A stretch of 64,000 nucleotides of DNA. It comes from an uncultured virus (IMG/VR IMGVR_UViG_3300003690_002543) (lineage: Duplodnaviria > Heunggongvirae > Uroviricota > Caudoviricetes). The stretch's first letter is position 1; every line of letters starts with the position of its first letter. Below, one piece after another: positions 49,298 to 59,691 of this stretch. The stretch lies in the IMG/VR virus record IMGVR_UViG_3300003690_002543. One strand, 5' to 3'. The notes under the pieces are model-generated. The model had not been told where the DNA came from, did not search any database, and worked only from the letters and a program-made list of their open reading frames with translations. A program made the translations under genes and the position numbers.

Positions 49298-50265
49298 ATA
49301 AAGTGGCGTTGATTACTGGTATTGCAGGTCAAGATGGTAGTTATTTAAGTGAACATCTTTTGGATGGGGGTTATGAAGTTCATGGTATTATTAGACGACA
49401 ATCTACTTCTGAAAATCAAGAATCAAGGTTAGATCATTTAGGGAATAGAATTACAACACATTATGGGGATTTATTGGATATACCTTCGTTGACTCGTGTT
49501 TTCTTGAAAACTAAACCAACACATATTTTTAATTTGGGTGCAATGAGTCATGTAAGAATTAGTTTTGATATACCTTCTTTTACAATTCAAAGTAATGCAC
49601 TTGGTGTGTTAAATATGCTTGAATTGTATAGACAATTTTTTCCAGAAGCGAAATTTTATCAAGCGTCTTCATCTGAAATGTTTGGAAATTGTATTGATGA
49701 TGATGGGTTTCAGCGTGAAACTACTTCTATGAAACCAGTTAGTCCATATGGATGTTCAAAGGTTCTTGGTTATAATCTTACTTGTCACTATAGGAATGCC
49801 TATAATTTTCATATATCAAATGGTATTCTTTTTAATCACGAGTCACCGCGTAGAGGATCAAATTTTGTAACGAATAAAGTTGTAAAAACTGCTGTTCAAA
49901 TTAAACTTGGATTGGTTGATAAACTTGAATTGGGTAACATGGATTCTTATCGAGATTGGGGACATTCTAAAGATTACACAAGAGGAATGATACAAATTAT
50001 AAATCATGAAGTCCCAGATGATTTTGTTTTATCTACGGGAGAAACACATTCTGTTCGAGATTTATGTCAAGTTGTGTTTGAATATCTTGATATGAATTAT
50101 GAAGATTATGTTGTACAAAATTCAAAGTATATGCGTCCAGAAGAATTGAAGTATCTTCGAGGAGATTGTACAAAAGCAGAAACAACATTGGGTTGGGAAC
50201 GTGAATATACGTTTGAAAGTATGTTACACGAAATGGTTTATCATTGGATGGATATTTTAAAATGA
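49294..50265 (+). CDS. gmd: GDP-mannose 4,6-dehydratase
   Basis: ALITGIAGQDGSYL, SHVRISF, YQASSSEMFG, SPYGCSK, GILFNHESPRRG, RDWGH. Confidence 0.95.
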   Translation: MNKVALITGIAGQDGSYLSEHLLDGGYEVHGIIRRQSTSENQESRLDHLGNRITTHYGDLLDIPSLTRVFLKTKPTHIFNLGAMSHVRISFDIPSFTIQSNALGVLNMLELYRQFFPEAKFYQASSSEMFGNCIDDDGFQRETTSMKPVSPYGCSKVLGYNLTCHYRNAYNFHISNGILFNHESPRRGSNFVTNKVVKTAVQIKLGLVDKLELGNMDSYRDWGHSKDYTRGMIQIINHEVPDDFVLSTGETHSVRDLCQVVFEYLDMNYEDYVVQNSKYMRPEELKYLRGDCTKAETTLGWEREYTFESMLHEMVYHWMDILK

Positions 50266-50806
50266 TAATTAAAGCAATTCTTTTTGATCTTGATGGTGTT
50301 TTAGTTGACGCTTGTGATTGGCATTATTATTCTCTTAATCGTGCGTTAGAAGAAGTTGTTGGGTTTTCTATTGATAGAAAAGATCATAAGATATTGAACG
50401 AGTATGGAAATTAAAGCAAGAGTATACTCTCGATGCTATAAAAGAATATGGAAAAATACAAAATGAAAAAATAGAATTATTTAATTATCTTATTGATAAA
50501 AATATAAAATTAGCTTGCGTAACAAATTCAATACAAAAGACAACAAAAGCTATGTTAAAATCTACAGGTCAATTTGAATATTTTGATATAATAGTGACAA
50601 ATGAAGATGTTAAAAAAAATAAACCATATCCAGATTGTTATAATTTTGCTGTAGAAAAACTTAATGTTGATCCTAATTATTGTATAATTGTGGAAGATAG
50701 TGAAAAGGGAATAGAGTCAGCAAAAAAAAGTAAAGTTCCAAATGAAAATATTTGGGTGGTTGATAATAGTGAAGTAGTTAATTTGAAAAATTTTCTAATA
50801 AGGTAA
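50262..50806 (+). CDS. HAD-family phosphatase, frameshifted near 50388
   Basis: Uncalled N-part MIIKAILFDLDGVLVD..IDRKDH, then a frame change to DIERVWKLKQ..CVTNS..KPYPD..VEDS. Confidence 0.8.
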
Positions 50807-50812
50807 TGTATA

Positions 50813-51535
50813 ATGAAAGTTTTAATTCCAATGGCAGGTGAAGGAAGTCGGTTTGTGAAGGAAGGTTATACTTTTCCGAAACCATTAATTGATGTTAATG
50901 GAAAACCCATGATTCAAACGGTTGTAGAAAATCTTGATTTTGATGCTGATTATATTTTTTTGGTTCGTTCGGAACATATGGATAAATATGAAGGTCTTTC
51001 AGATACTCTTCAAAGAATTACAAATGGAAAATGTAATATTGTTTCGGTTGATGGATTAACTGACGGAGCTGCTTGTACAACTCTTCTTGCAAAAGAATAT
51101 ATTGATAATGATGATGATCTTTTAATTGCAAATTCTGATCAATATATTGAATATTCTCCTGAAAATTTTAAAATGATGAAAAGTTTTGCAAATGTAGATG
51201 CAATCGTGTATACATTCGAAGCAGTTCATCCAAAATGGTCTTTTGTAAAAACAAATTCTAGAGGAATGGTTATTGAAGTTGCTGAGAAAAAACCAATTTC
51301 AAATATTGCAACGTGTGGAATATATTGGTATAATAAAGGATCAGATTTTGTAAAATATGCGGAGCAAATGATTGAAAAGAATATTAGAGTAAATAATGAA
51401 TTTTATATTGCTCCAGTATTTAATGAATTGATTGCAGACGGGAAAACTCTAGTTCCATTTTTTGTTCATTCAATGTGGGGTATTGGAACTCCAGAAGATT
51501 TGAAAGGGTTTTTAGATAGATGTCAAGTGGGATAG
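50813..51535 (+). CDS. Sugar nucleotidyltransferase
   Basis: IPMAGEGSRF..PKPLIDV..GAACT..NSDQ..AEKK..GTPEDL. Confidence 0.88.
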   Translation: MKVLIPMAGEGSRFVKEGYTFPKPLIDVNGKPMIQTVVENLDFDADYIFLVRSEHMDKYEGLSDTLQRITNGKCNIVSVDGLTDGAACTTLLAKEYIDNDDDLLIANSDQYIEYSPENFKMMKSFANVDAIVYTFEAVHPKWSFVKTNSRGMVIEVAEKKPISNIATCGIYWYNKGSDFVKYAEQMIEKNIRVNNEFYIAPVFNELIADGKTLVPFFVHSMWGIGTPEDLKGFLDRCQVG

Positions 51536-52269
51536 TAAATTTAAAGAATGAAAAAGCAAGTAGGTGGGCAACGATAATATCGGGGCAACCTAGAGCAAAA
51601 TTAGAAGAACCAAAAGAAGAATATGAAGTTTTTGTTTCTGGTTTAGATAAAGTTCCTGATATGTTTGGTCATATGTGGGAATGCGGAGAATTATTAAGTG
51701 GGTGGGGAGAAAGAGGATGGTTGGGTGCTGCTGGAAAGATGGGGACAACTAAAGTTTTTCATTCAAAACGTTCTTTAGAAGTCTGGGATCTTCATGCTTT
51801 TTTGGTGGAAGATTATGATAATTTATCTTTTCAATATTTACCCAAATCAAATAATATTCAACAAGGAACTTCTCAGTGGTATGGAATTAACAAGGCATTT
51901 CAGGTAATGGAATGGTTTGAAGAAAATGTTTCCAAAGAATATGATTTTGTTATGAGATATAGATATGATCTTGAATTTGCCCCCCACAATCAACATAACC
52001 AGCCTAATTGGAAATTAATTGAGGAAATGTTGACAGAAGATAAAAAGTTAATAATTGGGGATGCTGCTACTTCATATAATGGATTTGGGGATATGGTTGC
52101 AATGGGTTCTAGGGAAGCAATGAAAAGATACTCTAATTTTTGTAATTATTTTGTTGACATAAGACCTAACCACCCGAATAATGAAGAAGCAACTGAATAT
52201 TATTTAAAAACAATATGCGGATTAAATTTAAAATCACCATGGAATTTAGATATAGGAATACATAGGTAA
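51520..52269 (+). CDS. Hypothetical glycan-related protein
   Basis: ISGQPR and YDFVMRYRYDL motifs recurrent in polysaccharide loci. Confidence 0.4.
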   Translation: MSSGIVNLKNEKASRWATIISGQPRAKLEEPKEEYEVFVSGLDKVPDMFGHMWECGELLSGWGERGWLGAAGKMGTTKVFHSKRSLEVWDLHAFLVEDYDNLSFQYLPKSNNIQQGTSQWYGINKAFQVMEWFEENVSKEYDFVMRYRYDLEFAPHNQHNQPNWKLIEEMLTEDKKLIIGDAATSYNGFGDMVAMGSREAMKRYSNFCNYFVDIRPNHPNNEEATEYYLKTICGLNLKSPWNLDIGIHR

Positions 52270-52294
52270 GATAATGAATAAATGTGGAGTTAAT

Positions 52295-53563
52295 ATGGAT
52301 AGACCAACAATTACATTGTGTATGATTGTAAAAGATGAGACGCATATTATTGAAGAATGTCTTCGTTCAATGGCACCTTATGTTGATCGGTATGATATTA
52401 CAGATACTGGATCAACAGATGGAACTCCAGAATTAATTAAGAAAATTATGGATGAATTAAATATTCCGGGTGAAGTTTATCTTTCTGACTGGAAAGGATT
52501 TGGTGATCATGCAAATCGTATAGGATCACGAACTGAATCATTTCATAATGCAGAGGGGGGAGGAGCAGATTATGCATGGGTAATTGATGCTGACGATTAT
52601 ATCGAAGGTGATTTTGAATATCCCAAAAGGATGAATGCTGATGGTTATACACTTCTTATTATGCGAGGAGAATTTAGTTGGTGGAGAAATCAAATTTTTA
52701 AATTGGAATTTGGTTGGAAATATGTTGGTGTTTTACATGAATATGCAGTAGCAACAAAAAAAGAACAAATTGCATTTGAAAAAATTGAAGGAAATTATCA
52801 TATTACTGCACGAACAGAGGGGGCACGAAATGTTGGTATCAGTCCTGTAGACAAATATTCAGAAGATGCAGAAATTTTAAAAGAGGCAATCAAAGATGAA
52901 CCAGAAAATTCTAGATATCAATTTTATCTTGCACAGAGTTATTTTGATTCTCAACAATGGGAAAAATCAAAGGAAGCATATGCAAAACGTGTAACACAGG
53001 GTGGTTGGAATGAAGAAGTATTTTATTCTCAATTTAGGGTGGGAATGCTATGTGGTATTATGAAAGAGCCATTTGAAGTCATTTTAAAAGAAATGATGGA
53101 GGCTTATAATATTCGTCCTATTAGAGCTGAACCTCTTGTTGAAATTTCAAGAATGTATCGTATGACTGACAAACCTGCGGCTGCATATCCATTTGCGAGA
53201 TTGGCAGCAGATATGCCCTACCCACGAGAAGATATTCTTTTTATTAGTGAAGATGTTTATAGGTTTGGCGCTCTTGATGAACTTGGGGCAACTGCATTCT
53301 ATGGAGGAAGGCCATCTGAAGGACATGAAGCATGTTTAAAATTGTTGAATGAGGATAGAGTTCCTGAAGGTCATTTGGATAGAGTTAAACAAAATTTAGA
53401 GCAATATGAACAAGTTCTTCAAAACTTTAAAGTGCAACAAATGCAATCTAATATGAAATCTCAAATTGATAAATTAGAACGACGAAAAATAGAAAAAGAT
53501 TCTTGTAAGGAATCTTTAAAGAAAAAACCTACATATAAGAAAAAGAAGGTAAAAAGTAGGTAA
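52295..53563 (+). CDS. GT2 glycosyltransferase with TPR domain (protein O-glycosyltransferase-like)
   Basis: LCMIVKDE..DTGSTDGT..IDADD..GVLHE; TPR-like RYQFYLAQSYFD..AYNIRPIRAEPL. Confidence 0.85.
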   Translation: MDRPTITLCMIVKDETHIIEECLRSMAPYVDRYDITDTGSTDGTPELIKKIMDELNIPGEVYLSDWKGFGDHANRIGSRTESFHNAEGGGADYAWVIDADDYIEGDFEYPKRMNADGYTLLIMRGEFSWWRNQIFKLEFGWKYVGVLHEYAVATKKEQIAFEKIEGNYHITARTEGARNVGISPVDKYSEDAEILKEAIKDEPENSRYQFYLAQSYFDSQQWEKSKEAYAKRVTQGGWNEEVFYSQFRVGMLCGIMKEPFEVILKEMMEAYNIRPIRAEPLVEISRMYRMTDKPAAAYPFARLAADMPYPREDILFISEDVYRFGALDELGATAFYGGRPSEGHEACLKLLNEDRVPEGHLDRVKQNLEQYEQVLQNFKVQQMQSNMKSQIDKLERRKIEKDSCKESLKKKPTYKKKKVKSR

Positions 53564-54522
53564 TGTCAGCATTTCCCCAAATCCCGATAGATGGACAAAC
53601 AGCTAGTATAGGTTCTAAAACTTGGACCTATGTGTCTGCATATAATGTGTGGGATAAGGTTGGCTCAGAAGGTTCAACAGGTGCTACAGGTGCTACAGGT
53701 CCTGCTGGAGCCACAGGTGCAACTGGTGCAACAGGTGCTACAGGTCCTGCTGGAGCCACAGGCGCTACTGGCGCTACTGGGGCTACTGGAGCAACAGGAT
53801 TACCTCCGGGTGTACCATACCTACCATTGTCTGGTATATTTGATACTGTAAATGCGGCTGGTGAAATGAAAATTACTTCTACACTCATTGAAGTATATAA
53901 AACCGATAGTACAGGCACAGATTTAAGTGATTATTTTAATAACGTAACACGGGGTCGTCTTCATGTTGTACAGGAAGAGGCTTCAGAAAAATTCATTTTG
54001 TTTGACTATACTTCCGCACCATTGTCTTCCGGTAAATATTCATTTGCAGGAACAATTGGAGCATCAAATGGACTAGGTGGTTCGTCTCCATATTTTGGAG
54101 GTAAAGCGTCTAGAATATTTTATGTGAATGATGGTGCTACAGGCGCTACAGGCGCTGCTGGAGCTACAGGGCCTACAGGACCAGATATAGATACCTTTGG
54201 TGTTGTTGTTGATGGTGCAGGATCTATTGTTACTACAGGAAGTAAAGGATTTAGGTATATTCCATATGATTGTACTGTAAAGAAACTTGTTCTTGTTGGT
54301 AATACGACAGGGACTGCTTCTTTTAGTATACACCGAGATAGTAATTATGATACATTTGGTATCACTATAGGTGGGTTTAGTTTAAGTCATGGTATGACTG
54401 GTGTTACTTCACCGGGGATTACTTTTGGTTTAACTGCAAATGATATGATTGAATTTAAGATTACGGGTTCACCTGAAAGTATTTCGAGAGTTGCATTATT
54501 TGTTGAGATAGAGAAGAGTTAA
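53563..54522 (+). CDS. Collagen-like fibre protein (Gly-X-Thr repeats)
   Basis: Two collagen tracts; FP..DGQT..WTY..W N-terminus; GSIVTTGSKG C-domain. Confidence 0.8.
   Translation: MSAFPQIPIDGQTASIGSKTWTYVSAYNVWDKVGSEGSTGATGATGPAGATGATGATGATGPAGATGATGATGATGATGLPPGVPYLPLSGIFDTVNAAGEMKITSTLIEVYKTDSTGTDLSDYFNNVTRGRLHVVQEEASEKFILFDYTSAPLSSGKYSFAGTIGASNGLGGSSPYFGGKASRIFYVNDGATGATGAAGATGPTGPDIDTFGVVVDGAGSIVTTGSKGFRYIPYDCTVKKLVLVGNTTGTASFSIHRDSNYDTFGITIGGFSLSHGMTGVTSPGITFGLTANDMIEFKITGSPESISRVALFVEIEKS
53671..53796 (+). repeat. Collagen triplet repeat (14 triplets, mostly GAT)
   Basis: 9-bp periodic ggt/gga-gct/gca-aca/act; about 32 bp duplicated at 45-bp spacing. Confidence 0.9.
54133..54186 (+). 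repeat. Second short collagen tract
   Basis: GATGATGAAGATGPTGPD. Confidence 0.85.
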
Positions 54523-55646
54523 TGGCATTTACAGAAAGATATCTGAATTATGATCTTGCTTCAGGAGCAAATGATGGTACGTCTGAAGCAGATGCATGGC
54601 AAACGTGGACTGATGCTATATCTGGCGCTGCTGCTGGGGACAGAGTAAATGTAAAAAGAACCTCCTCTCGAATAGCATCTGGAGATGTTCAATGGAATGT
54701 GAGTGGTACAGCAGTTGCTCCTATTCATATTCGTGCATATGAAACCACTATTGGTGATGGGGGAATGTTTGAACAGAATAATAGATTTAGATGTACTGGA
54801 GAAAATGTTCTTGTTGAAGGTATTGACATTTCTAGTGGGAATACATTGTTGCTTTGGATAACAGGAGATATGTGTTGTGCGTATAGATGTAAAGTAGTAT
54901 CTACATCATCAGCCGGAGCTATTGCAACAGCGTCTGATGCGGTTTTCGTCAATTGTTACATAAAAGCGCCAATAGCTACGAATTATGTTGTTCAGGTTTG
55001 GCGAGGTAGTTTGGTTGGATGTTACATTGAGGTGGCAGCGGGAGCCGTATCGTCGGGGGGCCGTGCAGTTAAGGTAGACGTTAATTCCGCTACGAATAAT
55101 GTGATTGGGTGTATTGTAAAAGGAAACGGAGACGCCGACCTGATTGGACTTGCGTACCAGAATGACCATCGACTACAGGGAGGAGTTTGCATAAACAACA
55201 CGATTGAAAACTGTGGGATCAGCGTCCAGATGGAGAAAGGTACTGCCACAGGCCGGTACAACGTCGTCATCTTTCAAAACAACATCATCTACAACTGCGT
55301 AAAAGCCTTCGAGAACCTCCAAGGAACCAACGTCACAACGCTTGGTTACTTCCTCAACAACAACGCAACGGGGGCCGTAACTGGAACCGCCTACACCAAC
55401 ATGGGAGATTTTAATTTTAATAAAATTACACTAACAGCAGATCCATTTGTAGATACTACTAATTATGAATTAAATGATTCTTCTGGTGGTGGTGCTCTAT
55501 GCAAATTTTTGGGAGCTATTCCGAACCAAGTAGATCCCTCTTTAGCTGGACCAACATTTGCCTATGACAGGGCAACAGGAAGAATTAATTTTACATCAAT
55601 TGGTGGGGTTCAACCTAAAGGTGCAGAATCATCACATGTTTTCTAG
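54522..55646 (+). CDS. Right-handed beta-helix (pectin-lyase-like) protein, putative tailspike/receptor-binding protein
   Basis: ANDGTSEADAWQT..AAAGDRVNVK..SGTAVAPIHIRAY; NNTIENC, NNIIYNC ladders; ADPFVD. Confidence 0.7.
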   Translation: MAFTERYLNYDLASGANDGTSEADAWQTWTDAISGAAAGDRVNVKRTSSRIASGDVQWNVSGTAVAPIHIRAYETTIGDGGMFEQNNRFRCTGENVLVEGIDISSGNTLLLWITGDMCCAYRCKVVSTSSAGAIATASDAVFVNCYIKAPIATNYVVQVWRGSLVGCYIEVAAGAVSSGGRAVKVDVNSATNNVIGCIVKGNGDADLIGLAYQNDHRLQGGVCINNTIENCGISVQMEKGTATGRYNVVIFQNNIIYNCVKAFENLQGTNVTTLGYFLNNNATGAVTGTAYTNMGDFNFNKITLTADPFVDTTNYELNDSSGGGALCKFLGAIPNQVDPSLAGPTFAYDRATGRINFTSIGGVQPKGAESSHVF

Positions 55647-55659
55647 AAAGGAAAAATAA

Positions 55660-55980
55660 ATGGCAATTACAGATCCCGAAGCAATAGCTTTTGTAAACGA
55701 ATATATTCGTCCAATGTGTGAAACTCTTCGTTATATGAATGCGCGTGGAGCAGATTGGGCAACAAAGTGGGCAGAACTTTCATCGAAGTTTTCTGATGAT
55801 ACTTCGGCTGTGGAAGATGGAAGAGAAGGGGAAGGCATTAGTCGTTTGACTGGTGCAGATATTAACGCAGTTTCAACAGTATTTGGAACACTTCTTACTA
55901 TTATGGATACATCGGCACAGACAGCAATAGCAAAACCATGTGTTCGTCCATTGCTCTATTCTAATATTCCAACGTCTTAA
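55660..55980 (+). CDS. Hypothetical protein
   Basis: Clean ORF with AAGGA RBS. Confidence 0.65.
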   Translation: MAITDPEAIAFVNEYIRPMCETLRYMNARGADWATKWAELSSKFSDDTSAVEDGREGEGISRLTGADINAVSTVFGTLLTIMDTSAQTAIAKPCVRPLLYSNIPTS

Positions 55981-55982
55981 TC

Positions 55983-56010
55983 TTGACAATAAGAGAATAT
56001 AGTTTATAAT
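55983..56010 (+). promoter_or_regulatory. Sigma70 promoter TTGACA-N16-TATAAT
   Basis: Perfect hexamers, intergenic, upstream of the dUTPase-polymerase operon. Confidence 0.75.
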
Positions 56011-56035
56011 GTATTTTGATCTGAGGAGTATATTA

Positions 56036-56611
56036 ATGAGCAATAAAGAATGGAATTTTGGTGAATATTATGAACCTTCTTCATTGGGGGTTTATAAACT
56101 TTACAATAGTGTTCAACGACCTATGTGGGCGACTGAAGATTCAGCTTGCTTTGATCTTCATGCTCATTTTGAGCCAGGAAAGTCAGTAAAGATTTTCTCC
56201 CTAACAAATGATGAAAGAGAAACATTACCCTCCATAACTTCCAGCACCACAACCGAAGAAAATATTAGTGAATTGATTCTTCCCATTGGTTCTCGTACAT
56301 TGATTCCCACAGGATTAATTTTTGATATACCAAAAGGATATTCTGTTAGAATTCATCCTCGTTCAGGTCTTTCCTTAAAAAAAGGATTGACTTTGATAAA
56401 TGCAGAAGGAATAATAGACTCAGATTATGTGGAAGAAATTTTTATTCCTGTACATAATTCTAGTCATCAAACAGTAAAAATAGTTCATGGTGAAAGAATA
56501 GCGCAAGCAGAACTAATTCGTTCGCTTTCATATGAAGTAGTAGAAATTGCACAAAGACCCGAACAAAAAACTAACCGCGATGGTGGATTAGGAAGTACAG
56601 GAGTAAAATGA
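56036..56611 (+). CDS. dut: Trimeric dUTPase
   Basis: SACFDL, IPTGL, PRSGL, GIIDSDY, GERIAQ, RDGGLGSTG; GAGGAG RBS before 56036. Confidence 0.95.
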   Translation: MSNKEWNFGEYYEPSSLGVYKLYNSVQRPMWATEDSACFDLHAHFEPGKSVKIFSLTNDERETLPSITSSTTTEENISELILPIGSRTLIPTGLIFDIPKGYSVRIHPRSGLSLKKGLTLINAEGIIDSDYVEEIFIPVHNSSHQTVKIVHGERIAQAELIRSLSYEVVEIAQRPEQKTNRDGGLGSTGVK

Positions 56612-57036
56612 TGAAACGTGACGACTTATTAAAATTTCATGAACAAGTATGTAAAGATGCAAAAGAATTAATGAATTTAAAAAATAGGGACTATGCGGGT
56701 AGTGATGGCATAGAACCTTTTGCAAATTTTACAAGGTGTGAAGCAATGGGTATATGTGCTACTGAAGCTGGATTTATGGTACGGGTAACAGATAAGATGA
56801 GTCGGTTGAGTTCTTTTCTTCGTGCAGGTAAAATGCATGTTGAAGATGAAAGTTTTTATGATACAATTGTAGATGTGATTAATTACATGGTTCTTCTTGG
56901 CGCATATGTTAAAGATAAGGATATTGATGTTATTCCTATTAAACCAAAAGAATTGATGCAAGAGGAATTTACAGCTTCATTTAATTTTAATAATGATAAT
57001 ACCGAACAAAAATATTGTGCTCATCATTCTGTTTGA
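56608..57036 (+). CDS. DUF1599 / nucleotide-modification-associated domain 1-like protein
   Basis: KNRDYAG..PFANF..VRVTDKMSRL..DESFYDTIVDVINY. Confidence 0.65.
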   Translation: MMKRDDLLKFHEQVCKDAKELMNLKNRDYAGSDGIEPFANFTRCEAMGICATEAGFMVRVTDKMSRLSSFLRAGKMHVEDESFYDTIVDVINYMVLLGAYVKDKDIDVIPIKPKELMQEEFTASFNFNNDNTEQKYCAHHSV

Positions 57037-57038
57037 AT

Positions 57039-59496
57039 ATGAATTTTTATACTAATGTTTCGCTTGTTGGAGACAGTATTCTCTATCGAGCAATTGAAGA
57101 TGGAGTTTCTGTTGAACGAGTAGAGAAATATAATCCTACTCTTTTTATTCCATCTAATAAAGAGACTAAATATAAAACTCTTGATGACAGGTTTGTAGAA
57201 TCAATTAAACCGGGTTTAATATCCGAGTGTAGAGATTTTATTAAACAATATCGGGGAATGCCTAGTTTTAGGGTTTATGGTAATACAGATTATGTTTATC
57301 AATATATTGGAGATAAATTTCCTGATGAAGTAGAATATGATATGAGTCAAATTTCAATTGCTCATATTGATATTGAAACCAAAGCAGAGAATGGATTTCC
57401 TCAAGTGTGATTTTCATATTGATGGGGTGATGTGCAACTCCTTTGAAGAGGAAGAAGATCTTCTTCGAGAATTTTTAAACATTTGGAGAAAAGAAGCTCC
57501 ACATATTGTAACTGGATGGAATGTTAAGTTTTTTGATATTCCCTATCTTATTCAGAGAATGAATAAAATTCTAGGACCTGTAGACACCCAATACCTTTCC
57601 CCATGGAAAAAGATTCGAGAGAAGTTTATAGAACGATCAAGCAAGAAATATAGAACATTCCAGATTCTTGGTGTCTCTATTTTAGATTATTTAGATTTGT
57701 ATCGTACATTCACATATACGAATCAGGAATCATATAGATTAGATCATATTGCATTTGTTGAATTGGGTGAGAAAAAATTAGATTATAGCGAATATGAAAC
57801 CATAAAAGATTTTTATAGAAATGATTTTCAGAAATTCATGGAGTATAATGTTCGAGATGTAGATCTTATTATAATGCTCGAAGAGAAAATGAAACTTTTG
57901 GAGTTGGCTCTTGCTCTTGCATATTCTGCTAAAGTAAATTATGAGGATGTGTTCTCTCAAGTACGTACATGGGATCAAATCATATATCATCATCTCCGCA
58001 AACAAAATATAGTTATACCCCCCAAGAGAGGAGGGAAGAAAGATGAACAATATGCTGGAGCATATGTCAAAGAACCAATAACAGGGATGCATGATTGGGT
58101 GGTGTCTTTTGATTTGAATAGTTTGTATCCCCATTTGATAATGCAATACAACATTAGTCCTGAAACCAAAATTAATATTTCTGATGAGGACAGGTTTGGC
58201 ATTGGGCCTAATAACATTCTTGCAGATTCGGGTGATTCTTATAGTAAGGATTGTTACGAAAATTTAAATAAACTGAAGTCTAAAGGATATTCTGTTGCTG
58301 CAAACGGAACATGTTATACAAAAGAACATCAAGGATTTCTTCCTGCTCTTATGGAAAAACTTTATAAAGAGCGTAGAGTGTATAAAAAGAAAATGCTTGA
58401 TTGTCAGAAGAGGCAACAAAAGGGAGAAGCAAATTTAGATAATGAGATTACAAAATATCACAACTTTCAGTTGGTACGTAAAATTCAATTAAACTCTGCT
58501 TATGGTGCAATCGGAAATCAATATTTCCGTTATTATTCTACAGACCTGGCTGAAGCGGTTACATATTCTGGGCAATTGAGTATTCGGTGGATAGCAAATA
58601 AATTAAATGAATTTTTAAATGAAACGATAGGAACAAATGATTATGATTATGTGGTTGCATCTGATACTGACTCTGTTTATCTTAGGCTCGGTAGTTTGGT
58701 TGATAAATTTTTACCACAATGTGATGACAAGAATAAAATAATTAATTTTCTGAACAAAAGTTCAGAAGAAATTATCCAACCATTTGTTGATGAAAAATAT
58801 TCAGAACTTGCAGAATTAATGAGTGCTTATTCTAATAGGATGCAGATGGGTCGTGAAGTTATTGCAGAACGGGGTATTTGGACAGCAAAGAAACGATATG
58901 CACTTAATGTGTGGGATACGGAAGGAGTTCGTTATAAAACACCCAAACTCAAAATTATGGGGATTGAAACTACTAGAAGTTCAACTCCGGCAGTAGTTCG
59001 ACAACAACTTAAAGAAGTAATTTTTCTTATTCTTACTACTGATGAAAAAACAATTCAGGAATTTGTTAAGAATTTTAAGGAAGAATTCTTTGAATGTGAG
59101 CCAGAAGATATTGCATTTCCGAGAGGTGTATCAGATCTAGAAAAATATGCGTCATCATCAGATATTTACGGTAAAGGAACACCAATTGCGGTAAAGGGAT
59201 CTCTAATTTATAATTATTTTGTTAAGAAGAATAAATTAGAGAATAAATATGAGAAGATTCAGCAAGGAGATAAAATTAAATTTATTTACCTCAAGGAACC
59301 AAATCCAATTGGTGGGGGTCGAGGAGATAAAGTAATATCTTTTCCAACAAAAATACCGAGAGAACTTGACTTGCATAGGTTTATTGATTATGATAAGCAG
59401 TTTATTAAGAGTTTTCTTGATCCTCTCGAAACAATTTTGAATGTAATTGGGTGGAAATCAAAAGTAGAGGTAACATTGGAGGGGTTGTTTATATGA
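57039..59496 (+). CDS. Family B DNA polymerase gp43, frameshifted near 57407
   Basis: ExoI DIET then GFPQV| and a frame change; TGWNVKFFD, SFDLNSLYP, KIQLNSAYG, SDTDS, KKRY. Confidence 0.95.
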
Positions 59497-59684
59497 AAAT
59501 AGAACTTGAATATAAATATTTAAATTTTATAAAAACTTTATTAGTAGAAAAACATAATGAAGCTGAAATTAAATTAAAAGATGCTATGACAGATTCGAAA
59601 ACGCCACTGACAGAAATAGATCGGTTAATAGAAAAGAAAAGTGAGATATTAAAAGTTTCACAAATTTTGAAACAATATAATTAG
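59493..59684 (+). CDS. Small hypothetical protein
   Basis: ATGA overlap with the polymerase stop. Confidence 0.55.
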   Translation: MKIELEYKYLNFIKTLLVEKHNEAEIKLKDAMTDSKTPLTEIDRLIEKKSEILKVSQILKQYN

Positions 59685-59691
59685 GGAAAAT

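Noticed and set aside
50783..50814. TTGAAA..TATAAT promoter-like pair
   Set aside because: The 20-bp spacer is too long and the -10 box overlaps the start codon
53671..53796. Repeat array considered as CRISPR
   Set aside because: 9-bp in-frame coding periodicity without spacers; it is a collagen repeat
55194..55402. AAC-rich stretch resembling a DGR template repeat
   Set aside because: No second copy with A-specific mismatches and no reverse transcriptase seen in the window; better explained as a codon-usage mosaic
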